Of a stretch of DNA of 64,000 bases, positions 1-12,949 are shown piece after piece. The notes under the pieces are model-generated. The model was not told where the DNA came from. It worked only from the letters and a program-made list of their open reading frames with translations, and made no database searches. Position 1 is the stretch's first letter. The number at the start of each line of letters is the position of its first letter. Source of the stretch: Tubiluchus corallicola (lineage: Eukaryota; Animalia; Priapulida). The position numbers and the translations under genes were made by a program. The stretch lies in NCBI GenBank assembly GCA_030141605.1, contig JAQGDQ010000389.1, positions 81,592 to 145,591 of the forward strand. Reading direction: 5' to 3'.

Positions 1-1402
1 TGGGTAAAGGAAAGCCGTCTGCCTTTGTAAGTTTAGTTACTTCTGTTCTTTTAAGTGGACTTTGCCTAATTTGAGTAGAGTGATTTAATAGCAGACTCTT
101 GCCTGGGAACAAGAAAACATGAACAAGGCAAGGCTCTAGCTAACTGTTAAAACTGTTACTATTACAAAAGCTTAGAATGCTAGGTGTTGTCAAGTGTACA
201 TAAATGATTTGCAAGGTACACGTCTAAACCTTTGACCTTTTGACAATCAATATCAATCGCTGTAACTGCGAAAATGTTTATTATCGATACACTAAAAAAT
301 TCCATTTCCATTCCGTTTTAGCTTTAGCACATGAGAGCCTAACAGCTCGCAGAGAGCAAATATTAACTTTTTAATAAGCACATAAGTTTTTCCCTAGGGC
401 AAAATCCACAAAATGGATTACGTTTGCATTAAACCAGAGTTGGTACGTAAGAGCTTCGCTTTTATGTCATTTATTCAGTATTTGTTCATAAAGGTAATTT
501 ATGAAGTCAATGATATTAGTTCGGTAATATTATTGTGAATAAAAATAAAACTAAGTTTAAAAACAAACAAGTTGACAATCATTCTTTGCAAAGAACATTT
601 ACAGCGTTTGATCATGAAATGTCGTAAGCATTTTGTTTGAAAGCCATCATTTTGAGTTTATTGAATTTGCCTTGTTTGGTTACCAAACCAAACCATAGCC
701 AATCTGCAGGCAAGTGTCAAAGATCAACTAATCAATCTTCTTTCAAGTTTTACCACTCAGTCCGCCTCATGGAGATCTTTCATCTGATGCGTTGCAATCA
801 ACTACATTTCAATTCCAGAAGCAGGCCTATTTGTCTCTATGACACACAGTGTACGTTTTTCCCTCATCGTGAGGCAAAAGGTAATCCTATCTGGACATAA
901 CTAATACCATTGAATTAGTCCTGTCGAAGCGTTTTTATTTGATTGCTTCAGGTTATTGCCGTTCGGCATTCCTGTTTCAGTGAAAAGAAAATTCGTTTTT
1001 TATCCCAAAGCAGAAAATTTTTTTCATACACAAAATGGCCCCCATTCACCCTATAACTTTCAAAGATAAATGTGGCAACAAAATCAACAATGACAGCAAC
1101 GGCAGCAAAAGAGCATGCCAGACAGCAACAGCAGCAGTAGCAACAATGGCAGCAACATCACTCCCACCACCAACAACAACATGCCCAAGCTTAAGTGGTC
1201 CCACATTAAGAAGAGCATTCAAAAAGTGTATTTAGACTCACTCGCTTAAACAAAGTGATTGCAACTGCCTGTTCATTAGCTTAGTGTAAATTACACTAGA
1301 ATAAATGTGAGCTGACTTTTTTTTACAAAGCCAAGGTTATTTTGCGTTCTCTACTACTACTATTAATCATTCACACTAACACACACTCACTGCATGTACA
1401 TC

Positions 1403-1946
1403 GGGAATTTACGCTAAGTAATGTCGTTGAACTCTTTGCGTTTAAGCAGTCAAGCAGGTTTGTTAAGTGTCATTCACGATCAGATTATGATGAAAATAAA
1501 GACCTAAAGACCTAGCCCAGTGCGTGAGAAGATTTCATTATCTCAAAACATGGAACGAACGCAATGACTCCCAGGCAAATAATTCTGACCTATTTGCCAA
1601 AGAAACTATTATTATCCCGACCTTTTCCTAATGTCTTCATTATCATTTCACCTGCGTACGTTCTTATCGTTTGACTGACAGATAAAGGATTGGTAAATTA
1701 CATTAAGACTTATTATGTCAGGTGCTTGTCATTAAATGACAGGTAATTTTTTGGTAAATTACTATGCACTACAGACATTCGAAGTGGAAAAACATCAAAC
1801 AGCAGTGGAAATTTACCGAGATAATATCAGAGCAGAGCATTGAAAACGAAACCGAAATTTTTCTCTTTCTGTTTAAAAAATATTTCTGGGATATTGTTTT
1901 CCCTGTGAAACGAGTTTTTTAGGAAAAATATTAGCTGGGAATTTAC
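1403..1946 (+). promoter_or_regulatory. Cluster of kappaB-like and IRF/ISRE-like motifs upstream of the Ig-C1q gene
   Basis: GGGAATTTAC at 1403-1412 and 1937-1946, GGAAATTTACC at 1807-1817, GAAAACGAAACCGAAA (three GAAA cores, 6-bp period) at 1842-1857. Motif resemblance only. Confidence 0.45.
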
Positions 1947-2723
1947 AGCTGCACATCAGTAACTCTTTGAAGTTGAAGTAAGTGTTCAACATTGTTGTTG
2001 CGTAAATAATGACATATGTATAAATCTATGTGCAAAATAGGCATGACTTTGTGCTATGTAAAATGTTATTATTTCGTTTTTTCATTATTGACAGTAAATC
2101 ACCTTTTTTACAATACTTACGACCTTCTTGGTGCAGAAGTCTATTGAAATTGTCGGGCCCTCCTCGGACAGAGCCACCCACTAACTCGTCTGTACCCATC
2201 TTGAATATATTTTTGCTCATCATATGTTTTAGTGGCATGTACAAAGCTTCAAGTAAACTTGTTGCAAACTTTCTAAATAAACCAGAGGAGCTATCCTTTG
2301 TTTGTCAATAAAAATATTCTATACAAATTCATCACTATTTTGCTATTTATAGTAAACCAAATTAGCACATATTTCAACACGACAATAGTGTAAATAGTTG
2401 CTTATATTTAAAATTACATTTTCAGTCTTCTTCCTTTTTAAATTTTAGTTTAGTTTTAAATGAATCAAAAGATCAATGCAAAAAGTTAAAATATCCTCCT
2501 GAAATAAAAAATAAGCCCAAAAATCTTTAAGCATGATCTGCCCAATTTTGAGTGGCCTATACAAGCTATAAGACAAATGGGTCCTGAATATTTGGTAACT
2601 GAAGTTTGAACTGTATTTGAACTCTCAGCAGTCATACGATCAAAATCATGTGATCTTTTCCTAATGTCTTCATTATCATTTTACCTGCGTAGGTTCTTAT
2701 CGGTTGATTGACTGGTAAAGTTT

Positions 2724-2769
2724 GGGTAAATTCCCGCTCCCAGGCACAGTTTTTGAGGCTGCTATAAAA
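2724..2769 (+). promoter_or_regulatory. Core promoter: kappaB-like site plus TATA box
   Basis: GGGTAAATTCCC at 2724-2735 (reverse complement GGGAATTTACCC) and TATAAAA at 2763-2769, 87 bp upstream of the ATG at 2850. Confidence 0.6.
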
Positions 2770-2849
2770 GGCAGCAGTCCTATTAACAAAATTATAACAG
2801 CCACAGATCAACGACAAAGTTTTAAGCAGGCGTCAGATCCAGAAGCAAG

Positions 2850-2898
2850 ATGTCAGTCACTGCAAAAGTAGCCATTCTACTGGTATTTGCTGTAAGCG
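2850..2898 (+). CDS. Ig-C1q (QREP-like) gene exon 1, signal peptide
   Basis: ATG 2850; MSVTAKVAILLVFAVS has a basic residue followed by a hydrophobic core; ends G|gtaagt (phase 1), in frame with exon 2. Confidence 0.8.
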
Positions 2899-3419
2899 GT
2901 AAGTGAATTTATTGTTATCTTTTTTGAAAAGCTACTTCTTAGTTTTTAATTAAGCTCTTTTAGGTAGTATAAACAAGTACTTTTGGTACTTTTAGATAAA
3001 AATATTGTGTGGAATAATAGTAATGTTTTTACTAACTCTGACGGTTTATTGTTTACTGCAACTGCTTATGGCTTAGAGGTTGTATGTAGTACTTCCTTTT
3101 GAAATCTATGTGCTAAAATGATGTACCTAATGCTTTGCAATTTTTTTACCTATAATAGTTTTTACAAAAAATATTCAGATCAGATATTTAATCAAATCCT
3201 GGTCTAAGTAAAACTTTACTTGGATATTCTGTGACCTCCTTTGTTGAAAATAATTACTTTTGTTTTTTCTATGTAAATATTTAGCAAGCTGTCATCACAG
3301 TACTGTTTTAGCCCATGTAGACTATTCTGTAAGCCTTCCTGAGAAGTAATTACACATTTGTAATTGCAAGTAATTGATATTTAATATGAACGAATTACAC
3401 TTATAATAAAAAATCGATG

Positions 3420-3670
3420 TGATTCTAATGTCTTTTGTAAACAAATTAAACAAAACTGGACATAATACGCATCCCTGTGTAACGCCGATATTTACTGGAA
3501 AAAAATCAGATAAATTATTGTTCAAGATTTTAAAATGCTCATTTATAGATGCGTACTTGCTTTTTATTATGTTGTGTGCCTAAATCATATTTTGGCAATT
3601 TTTAAAATAAAAAATGTCTGTAAAACATCAAATGCTTTTTAAGGTAAATAAAGCATGCATAATTATGTAA
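3420..3670 (-). mobile_element. Degenerate non-LTR retrotransposon RT fragment in intron 1
   Basis: Minus strand reads FPVNIGVTQGCVLCPVLFNLFTKDI (GVxQG..LSP.LFN motif), with a degraded ACF.DLKKAFD-like motif upstream near 3630-3660. Confidence 0.65.
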
Positions 3671-4643
3671 TTTGCCAACTACACTTTTCAAGGCACGTAT
3701 TTAATGTGACGCTTGTGACAATATCTTTAATCCAATTTGTTGTTTCTTAATTATTTTACGTTCGATTAGGTCATTTTCCAGACTTTCATGTATAATTTAA
3801 AAATAGCCAATTATCAAAAATTCACAAACGAATTATTATTGTTTTTGATAGTGTCTCTGACTTACGATTACAGCAAACTTGATCAGTTTCCTCTGCTTTT
3901 TGATGTTAGTTTCTTAAAGTCTATGCTAACGACTACATCTTATGTACAAAATTAGTTATAAACGGCAAAAATTGTAAAGACAAAAATTTGTTTGACTTCG
4001 ATTATTTTGTCTTATAACAAGCTGTATTTCCTTCAAATTTTTCAGTTTTTTTCAAAACGATTTTTGTAAAATATTTTTATTTCATAACTGCAGATCATCA
4101 TTAAATTCTCATCATCATAGTAGCATCATTATTGTCATAATCATCCAACAATATATCACCAACAAAAATGGTGTTAGAAACCTAGAGTGCACAGTAAATT
4201 GCAACCTCTTGTAAATACGTTTTTAATTTGGAGTCATGCTCCAAGTTTGACGTCATACTAAATTATTTAAGTGTTTTCGATTTCCAATAGTAGTGGATTA
4301 ACTCTTGTACATATAAGTAGGTTAGACTAGTGCATAGTGTAAATACAAAGCGATATTAGTAGTCCTATTATAAATGAAACTTGAAGAACGAATTAAACAC
4401 CTTGGTAGTTGCTATGACATGATTATGAATAGAGTAACATACTGAATAAAACAAGAAAATGACCATATTGAGCTATTTGCACATTCAATTAATATGATTC
4501 TATAAGACTAAGTGATTATAGTTAAACAACAATTAGACTTGTTACTGTTAATATGTAAATATGTTATTAAAAACTGTTAGATTCAGCCTATTATTAATTA
4601 CTCCTGTAATTTTTTCTGGTAATTTTTACTTGTTTTTCTTCAG

Positions 4644-4955
4644 CTGCAAGAAATGAACATCTCGACCAGCAGCCATCCAGATTACCACTTGTTCAAGGTT
4701 CAACAGCAGACCTTGAATGTCATGTTAACATCGAAGAAGTAACTGCCACTTATAAGGTGAAATGGTTCAAAAATGGAAATGGTCTAGAAATTGAAGGACG
4801 GATCTCTTACGTTGACAACAACCCAAAAGAGACAGGAATTTACAAAATTAGAATTGACGACATCAACATTTCAGAAGATGAGGGAACCTACGAGTGCCGA
4901 TATTTCAAAACTCCAGATGAAAAAGAATCAGATTCAGCAGTAATAACCATAATAG
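4644..4955 (+). CDS. Ig-C1q gene exon 2, Ig domain 1 (V/I-like)
   Basis: ttcttcag| ... |gtaag, phase 1-1, 312 nt; QGSTADLEC..VKWFKNG..EDEGTYEC gives the Ig Cys/Trp/DxGxYxC pattern. Confidence 0.92.
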
Positions 4956-5854
4956 GTAAGACACTACAATAAGCATAAATTCCAAAAATTGCTCTTTTTA
5001 TTAACAACTTTCCCTTTTCAGTAAAGACAGTCTTTTTTATTAATTAATATGCTTGTCTAAATTGCCCACTTTCAGTTATTTATATTACTTTGTAATTATA
5101 TAATTATCTCTTTATATCAGTTTTAATACAGCTTTGCGAAGCAATTGTAAAACAAAGATAATTAGAATCAAAATATAAGCTGATGTCAAAATAGATTTTA
5201 TCTGCCAATCAATAGAAATTAGTTTATAAATTACAGTGACAATCAATGAAAATGATACGTAGTCATGTAGCCAGTGATCTGTATTATTAACTATATTAGT
5301 TTAAAAGTACTTTATCTTGATTGATAAGTACAATTTATGCAAAAATAAATATAAAGAATAACAAAAAGATTCTGACATTGAAAATTTTTTCCCTAAATGC
5401 GGTAAAATACATTTGCGAGCATCTCAGAGAACGTGAACAGAATGAGATACTCAACTCAACTCAAACCAGATTTAAAGACACTTGATATAGGAATATTTAA
5501 AAATGGTTAAATGTGTTTATTAGATCTGGACACAGTGTCCCTGTCCCATAACTATCACTGACTAAGGAAACTATTGGATTGCCACAGTTCTTCCTAATTT
5601 TATAAAAGGCGTATCTACCACCAAGTTTTGACATTTTTATTGCTTAAACACCTTAATCAGATTTTCTTGATAACTGGGATACTCAAGTTTAGAACCCAAC
5701 ACTAGCTGTCATATCGTATCTCAATTTATGGAAGGTGTTTGATCTTCTAAGATAAAATTGCATTACTCAAAATTTTCAGTTTTGATGACAATAATTTGTT
5801 GACTATCGCTTTGAACACTGAATATTTGTATTATTGTTGGCTGTTCTAGCTAGT

Positions 5855-5965
5855 GTAGGAACACCTCAGGGATCAAGCTTTGGCCTTTGTTGTTTTTACT
5901 TAATATAAACAGTATGCTAGTTCACAAAAGTCGGTGAAAAACATGTGGTGATGACTCAACTTTTT
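5855..5965 (+). mobile_element. Degenerate L2/CR1-type RT fragment in intron 2
   Basis: VGTPQGSSFG/(frameshift)PLLFLLNIN followed by GDDST (YADD-like). Confidence 0.55.
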
Positions 5966-6086
5966 ATGACCCAAAAATGAGTTGATGTGCTGTACTGTAC
6001 TTATTTCATCCTGTGAGGGCAGATTTCTACTACCAGCAAAAAAAAGTCATTGAAAAGTCGTACATTGTTGTTATTTATATTTACAG

Positions 6087-6404
6087 ATGCCAGAAGCGAA
6101 TATTTTGACATGCAGCCATCCAGCCTGGGAGTTCCACAAGGCTCAATAGCAGAACTTGAATGTAGAATTAATATGTCACTTGTCTCTGTTATTAGCTATA
6201 ACGTGACATGGCTAAAAGACGGGAAAATTCTTAGTATCTCTCATCGAATATCTTATATGTATGAGAATCCAGTAATAAATGGCCTGCATAGTATTAAAAT
6301 TGTTGCTGTGGGAGTGCCAGAAGACGATGGAACCTACGTGTGTCGATTATTTAAATATCCTGACATTCTGGAAGATTCAGATGAAGCGAAATTGACTGTA
6401 ATAG
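6087..6404 (+). CDS. Ig-C1q gene exon 3, Ig domain 2 (paralog of exon 2)
   Basis: tttacag| ... |gtaagt, phase 1-1, 318 nt; QGSIAELEC..VTWLKDG..EDDGTYVC. Confidence 0.92.
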
Positions 6405-8009
6405 GTAAGTCATTAATACATATAAACATATTTTATGAAATGTATTCAATGATGTGGCTGTAACTTAATTGCACAGAAATATGGAACTGCTGTAATAAGT
6501 TTTTAATCTTCTTAATATGTAAAGCCTGGTAAAACTTTATGTTGCACAATGAACAAAAATTGGCAATTATTATTAAAACGTGACAGATTCCTGCAAAACA
6601 TTATAGCTAAGAGACTTGAAATTGGCAAGTTGTTACAAGTAAAAGTGAAAAATGTCAAAATTGACGCGAAACAAGTTGTAGAATAATATGATATCTGAAA
6701 TAAGTAAAAGACGTTTCAGATGAAATGTGAATTGGCAAAGTATCCCATATTCGTTGCAGTTTGTAGGATGATGCTGTTAATCAAATTTTGGTTGTGCATC
6801 TTGGCACTACATGTGAGTGGGTACCAAATCATCTGAGAGAACGAGTTAGCTTATACTCAGTAATCATATCTCGTTACATTTCATTTAGTGCCTAGAAAGT
6901 AAAAAGTAAAATATATTACTGAGTTATGAATTTCACTGGAAGCCAGGGTACATAAAACTTCAGCGTGAAAGTGACAGGCAGGGCAGCAGCATTCTATAAA
7001 GTTTAACAGTAATCTAAATTACTAGTAAGGACATGACCTAGTGTAGTATAGTTAGAATTTGCTTCAGTTTATACAACTGATAAAAGATATAAAAGTACTC
7101 TTAAACAAATAGATGTATTTAATGTAAAAGTGAGCACAGTAATAAATATATCTCTGCCTATTAACAACGAGAAATCAATGTAATAGTATGACAAAGAACT
7201 GCCTTTGTACAATTTCTGACCATTTTTCCTTGTGCAGCAACAAAATTTAAACTGTAATAAAAAGGAGGAATATAATTATGAGAAAAATCTGTTTGTTCAA
7301 ATGTTGCTGTACTTATAATAAAACCAGAAAAAGCACAAATGTATAAAGAAAGTATAAGCTAACCTTTTGCTGTAAAGAAAATACTTCTAACATTGTATAG
7401 AGCACTTTGACAGTATTAGGCAAATTTTTGACATTATAATGTGGGTATTTCAGTTTTCATAGAGCCCAATTATTTTTGCCTTTTCATGTGAAATTGACAT
7501 TAAATACGTGACAGAATGTGAACTACTAGGAATCAACAAGTTTGTCAGTTTCAATGCTAAAGTTTCAGTCAAAGTGTCAGTACGTTTATGACTCTAAAAA
7601 AACCAAGACACAAAAAAACCACTACAAGATCAAAAGAGCAAAAGCTAAGTTATTAGTATACAACTAGAAACACCTATGAGATAGAGTTTATAAAAAGTGA
7701 GTTTTATTCTCTTCTGCATTGGCAAATAAACATAACCACAGCAAGGAGCAAGCATTCTAGTGCAAGAAAAAATTCACATATTTTTTTCTCATTGTAAACG
7801 AATCAATCTCTGATGCGTTACTCAACTTGCAACTTGATTCTCGCTCTTTTGATTTTTACCATTGAAACTGGCAATTACTCAATCCCCCATTTGCACTCAT
7901 TATACTACAAACGGACCTTAGTATGCTTCTAACTAATTGACTTTGACTCACTATAATTTTCGTCCAATTGCTAAAAGGATGTCATCATTTTGTTTTTCTT
8001 ATTTAACAG

Positions 8010-8153
8010 TGGAACCACGGGAAGTAAAAATGTTGTTTAATGATGAAGAAATATTAACAAATCAGGTTACTGTCAGGGCCAACAATTCAGAGGAAACTTT
8101 CAAGTGTATCATTGTAGAGGCCTATCCAACTCCTGAAATTAAGTGGTACTTGG
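8010..8153 (+). CDS. Ig-C1q gene exon 4, N-terminal half of Ig domain 3 (C2-like)
   Basis: ttaacag| ... |gtaagt, phase 1-1; TFKCIIVEAYPTPEIKWYLG (C..A.P.P.I.W motif). Confidence 0.88.
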
Positions 8154-9154
8154 GTAAGTGAATTACGTTCAACATTTCTGTATTTGCTGTTATAGGCCCA
8201 GTATTATTACAAACTAGACAAACTAGAATCCTTTGTGCTTGCTTATAAAAGGCAAAAATTACTAAAACTCCCAGAAATATATCAGACATTCCCTTTAGGG
8301 AATGTTGTCAATATCTTTCATTAGCTCATGTAAGTAGCAGGTTTATACTGTACAGGATAACTTTATTACAGATTATTTGAAATGAGTTAATGGAATGGAA
8401 GTACCTTTTAGTATAAAAGTGATTTATTTTGAAAAATTGCTAAATTTTCTTTCACCGCTGGCCTTAGTAATAATTCTGAACTAATACAAATCTACATTAT
8501 AAATGAGGCAATGGTGGGGGAATACTTGTGTGAGAATTTTTTATTGAAATAGAGTTATTGAAAAAGATTTATGAGTGGGAAAGCAAGAAGGACTGAAACT
8601 TTACCCACATGTCACATGATGGTTGTAGTTATTATGCGTTGCTCTGGTACACTTAACCTTTGACCTACAGCAACTGCGTATGGAGTTGTCGTTCAATACA
8701 TAGTGAGACTGGCATTGTCTCATCAGTTAGTTAACAATTATCAATTCACATTCTTATTTGCAGAGATATTTTCTATTTAACCTTTAGCATGTTATTATAG
8801 TGCACACATAAGCATTGGCAGCTAATTACCGTGTTTCCATCGAAACCATCCTATTTTGCAGAAGTCTTAGTATTGATGCTTTCACGGGAATTCACGACCT
8901 TATAAGACTGTAGTATAAAGAACCACCAGTAGTAAGGGAGATTTCATAATGGTTGTCAAGAAAGAAACTCAATGCAGTCTGCCAAATGTGTGTGCATTTT
9001 TGTCATTTATGTCGTATGGGAGGCATAAGACGAGAGGCGCAATAAACGATGATATATGATGATACACGATGATATTACAAGTTGTCAATGTTTAATGGAA
9101 TTTTCTGTTAAACTTAAAACGTTTATCTAACTTTTTGAGGCCTGTTAGACTAAA

Positions 9155-9492
9155 AAATGTTTAGCTGAATTTCCCTAGCCCTGTCAGAGTTCAAACGTTT
9201 AGCTGAATTTCCCTAGCCCTGTCAGAGTTCAAACGTTTAGCTGAATTTCCCTAGCCCTGTCAGAGTTCAAACGTTTAGCTGAATTTCCCTAGCCCTGTCA
9301 GAGTTCAAACGTTTAGCTGAATTTTCTAGCCCTGTCAGAGTTCAAACGTTTAGCTGAATTTTCTAGCCCTATCAGACTTCAAACGTTTAGCTGAATTTTC
9401 TAGCCCTATCAGACTTCAAACGTTTAGCTGAATTTTCTAGCCCTGTCAGACTTCAAACGTTTAGCTGAATTTTTGAACCCTGTCAGAAGTCA
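9155..9492 (+). repeat. 37-38 bp minisatellite, about 9 copies
   Basis: Unit aaacgtttagctgaatttccctagccctgtcagagttc; ends about 60 bp before the exon 5 acceptor. Confidence 0.95.
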
Positions 9493-9554
9493 AATTGACT
9501 GATGATCCACTTCCAACATTAATGTTATCAGTCTGCCTATTTTGTGTCTTTTAG

Positions 9555-9749
9555 GTGAAGAAGACATAACTTCTTCTTCTGGACAAGACAATTGGACTAA
9601 TAGTACAACACAACTTGTGACTTCAACTAGCACCTTGAGACATGTATTTTCACGTGGCATGGAGGGTGATGATGGAAAGATCATCAGATGTTACATAACA
9701 GTACATACTCTGCATGTCTCTACTCCAAATATTTCTCTAAATGTTCTTT
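9555..9749 (+). CDS. Ig-C1q gene exon 5, C-terminal half of Ig domain 3
   Basis: tcttttag| ... |gtaagt, phase 1-1; VTSTSTLRHVFSR..DDGKIIRC..SLNVL completes the C2-like domain. Confidence 0.88.
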
Positions 9750-9904
9750 GTAAGTAGTCTGGAAACTTTTATAAAATGTTTTATATTTGATATGTACAAA
9801 TTTGGCCTTGTGAATGTTTGCTACTGGATGGGTGACGAAGCACCAGTGTTAGAAGCTAGCTGGTTTGAGTGGTTTCATTCGCCATGCTCATTTTAGCAGC
9901 TAAC

Positions 9905-9917
9905 ATTATTATTATTG

Positions 9918-10005
<88 letters not shown>
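9905..10005 (+). repeat. (TTA)n microsatellite
   Basis: About 30 TTA units, seen directly. Confidence 0.97.
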
Positions 10006-10007
<2 letters not shown>

Positions 10008-10893
10008 TGGGAGCTGCTTTTGTTACGTGAGTCAGTTAAAGGAAAATGTCAGAGAAACGGAAAGGTAATTGGCCATCTTGAGGTGAACCACAGCTGGTTG
10101 ATTGATGTTTTGCATTCTGTGTACTGACTGTAGCTATAAATGTATGTGGTGTACTAGTGCATTGTACTAGTGCCAGAATTTAATCTTCTAGTGTCGCATT
10201 TACTGTCTAGGGTTGTTGATGTTCAGAGATGCAGCTTGTCCTGCAAAACATAATCCTGCAGCTTACAAAAGATTTAGTGAGGCTTTGCTTATGATATGTG
10301 CATTAATTAGGAGTGCTGTAATTAAAGTTATCACCTTACAAAGTTTATAGGCTGACACTGCATTTACAAACATTTGCTAATGAGATGCGTATCAAGCTCT
10401 TTGGTTTGGTTGAGGTGAGTACTCTGAGAGTATTCCTCCCTGGCTTTTAAACATTTGGCATTGCATAACTAAATGTTTAGGTTTTGCACTTCAAGAGAGT
10501 AGAAGTACCTATCCTTTATATAAACTATACGTGTCTCTACGTAAAGCTCTGTGTTTAATACTCTGAGTAAAATTTTTTTATTTACTTTTGGTAGATAGAG
10601 CACAGGTGACAAGTGAATCTGTTAAGTGGTGCCTACTGTAATAATAAATATTCTGATAAATCATCCATTTTATCAAGTTAACATGTTACACGAATTTGGA
10701 AACACTAACTATACTTCTATATAAATGTGTCTGAGTTAAAGAAATCTAGTGGCCAAGGCTATTGCTATGTTATATTAATGTCTTGTGTAGAAATGTTGAT
10801 GGATCGGATACAAAGTAAACATTAAGCACCTTGATAGACATCGTATTCTCACTTAGATAATCTATGAGAATAATTTTGATTCTTTATTTGTAG

Positions 10894-11151
10894 ATGAAGC
10901 ACTCACAGTGAACTTAACTATCATTACTGGAAATTCACAGATTTTAATGGTCTCAACATTAGAGCTGAAATGTGAAGCTGATGCTAATCCTTCGCCAACT
11001 CTCACCTGGAAACTGGACGGCAATGTTTTACCTGACACAGGTGATGTCCTTAGAAGATCCGCTGTAGAGACTCAGGATGATGGAGACCAGTGTGAAGCAA
11101 AAAACACTGAAGGTTCAGTCACTTCAAACAGAATCGATGTTTCTGTGCTGT
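10894..11151 (+). CDS. Ig-C1q gene exon 6, Ig domain 4 (I-set; lacks the DxGxYxC tyrosine)
   Basis: tttgtag| ... |gtaagt, phase 1-1, 258 nt; LELKCEADANPSPTLTWKLDG..DDGDQC; 3 nt shorter than exons 7 and 8. Confidence 0.8.
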
Positions 11152-12099
11152 GTAAGTATCACATTTCTGTCTGTAGAATCTGATACTCTTAGCGTCACCA
11201 AATGTAGAATTTTTGTACATTTTCTTTCGATTGTAAACGAGGCAGGTGGCATTTCCCTTTCAGAAATCAGAACCTCTTAAATTAATCATGTTCACTGAGT
11301 CAGTGATTCTTTTTTCGCATCACTTTATTATTTATATGAATTTTCAGCGACACTAGCTTTGTTGCTTTGAAGGTACAGTGGTACTCTTCGATTCGATTAA
11401 TCAGTGGTACTTCTAAAAAGCATCCATTAAATGATAGAAATTTAAAAGTTTAGCTAAAATTCCTTCTGTTGCATTTCTTTTCTTGTTGACCATTGACTTT
11501 AAATTGTGTTATTTGGCTTGAGAGCTACCAAGATGAATCAAAGAGCCTAATTAGGAAATATGGACAATTACTTTTAGACGTTCATCAAAAACTGTCTTTT
11601 GTTTGTTGGTTTCATTCACTAACGGAATCTACTTTATTCTGTCCCGGCATTCAGATACTTAACAACAACAAAAACATAGAGGTAGGTAATGATAATAAAG
11701 GCTATTAGTACTTTCAATAAGACATTTGTATGTGCCCAAAGAGTCTGTTCTACTTATGTAATCTTTACTTGGCTTTTGTGCATTATAATATAGGTAGAAA
11801 CAATAATCATGAGTACCGTTTCGTTTGTAAGCTGGTACTTTTATCATGCGCTAATACGCTAACCTAGCAGTTTTGCTTTGAACCTGTTATTTGCTCATCC
11901 ATTGCAATTAACCTCGTTACCCAAAAAGTTTGGAACTGAACATTTAATAAGTTTCCTTTTGAAGCCCTCGTTTCAGGCTTTCACACTGAATCAGCTAACA
12001 GTCAAAGATGCATGTACAGTAGTTAGCCAGTTTTCCTTGTGACTTACAAGAGTAAGCATCATACAGCAAGCAAGAGCGAATAGTTAGGAACGTTGAAAA

Positions 12100-12258
12100 A
12101 TGAAGCATAACCGTAAAAATCTAACAGTTAAGGGGAAACTGAAAACTTTAGAGCAGTACAATAAACTTTCGAAGATGGGGCAGAGGTCTGCAGGAGCGCA
12201 GTTAAAAATTTCCCAAAGTACTCTCGGGAGAATATTGAAAAAAAACGGACTTGTGTGA
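12100..12258 (+). mobile_element. pogo/Tigger transposase N-terminal HTH relic in intron 6
   Basis: MKHNRKNLTVKGKLKTLEQYNKLSKMGQRSAGAQLKISQSTLGRILKK* resembles the CENP-B/Tigger N-terminal HTH; truncated by a stop. Confidence 0.6.
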
Positions 12259-12688
12259 TTTAGAAAAGTATACTTTTTAATTTATTAGTAATTCACTAAT
12301 ATTTTTTTACATTTTAACTACACAAGGGAAGTTAGGCATTAATTCGTTTCAAAAATTCATTAAAAACCTTTGCAGTGCATAATGACTCATACTTCTGTAT
12401 CAGTAATATTATACCTATCCATTAATAGGGTCGGTTAATTGGGTCAAAACACTGATTAATCATCCATTTTAGCAATTTAACATACTAATTTGGAAACACT
12501 AACTGTACTTCTATATAAATGTGTCTGAGTTAAAGAAATCTAGTGGTCAAGGCTATTGCTATGTTATATTAACGTCTTGTGTAGAAATGTTGATGGATCG
12601 GATGCCAACGTGAACATTAAGCACCTAGGTAGACACCGTATTCTCACTTAGATAATCTGTGAGAATAATTTTGATTCTTTATTCGTAG

Positions 12689-12949
12689 ATAAAGCTCTCA
12701 CAGTGAACTTAACTATCATTGCTGGAAGTTCAGAGATTTTAGAGGGTTCAACATTAGAGCTGAAATGTGACGCTGATGCTAATCCTTCGCCAACTCTCAC
12801 CTGGAAACTGGACGGCAATGTTTTACCTGACACAGGTGATGTCCTTAGAAGATCTGCTGTAAAACCTGAGGATGATGGAGAATACGAATGTGTAGCAACA
12901 AACACTGAAGGTTCAGTCACGTCTAACAGCATAGATGTTTCTGTGCAAT
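12689..12949 (+). CDS. Ig-C1q gene exon 7, Ig domain 5 (I-set)
   Basis: ttcgtag| ... |gtaagt, phase 1-1, 261 nt; EGSTLELKCDADANPSPTLTW..EDDGEYECVATNTEG. Confidence 0.92.

Noticed and set aside
136-280. aacctttgacct-containing segment as a specific enhancer of the Ig-C1q gene
   Set aside because: Related sequence recurs at about 8600-8680 and 47373-47670, so it is an old dispersed repeat.
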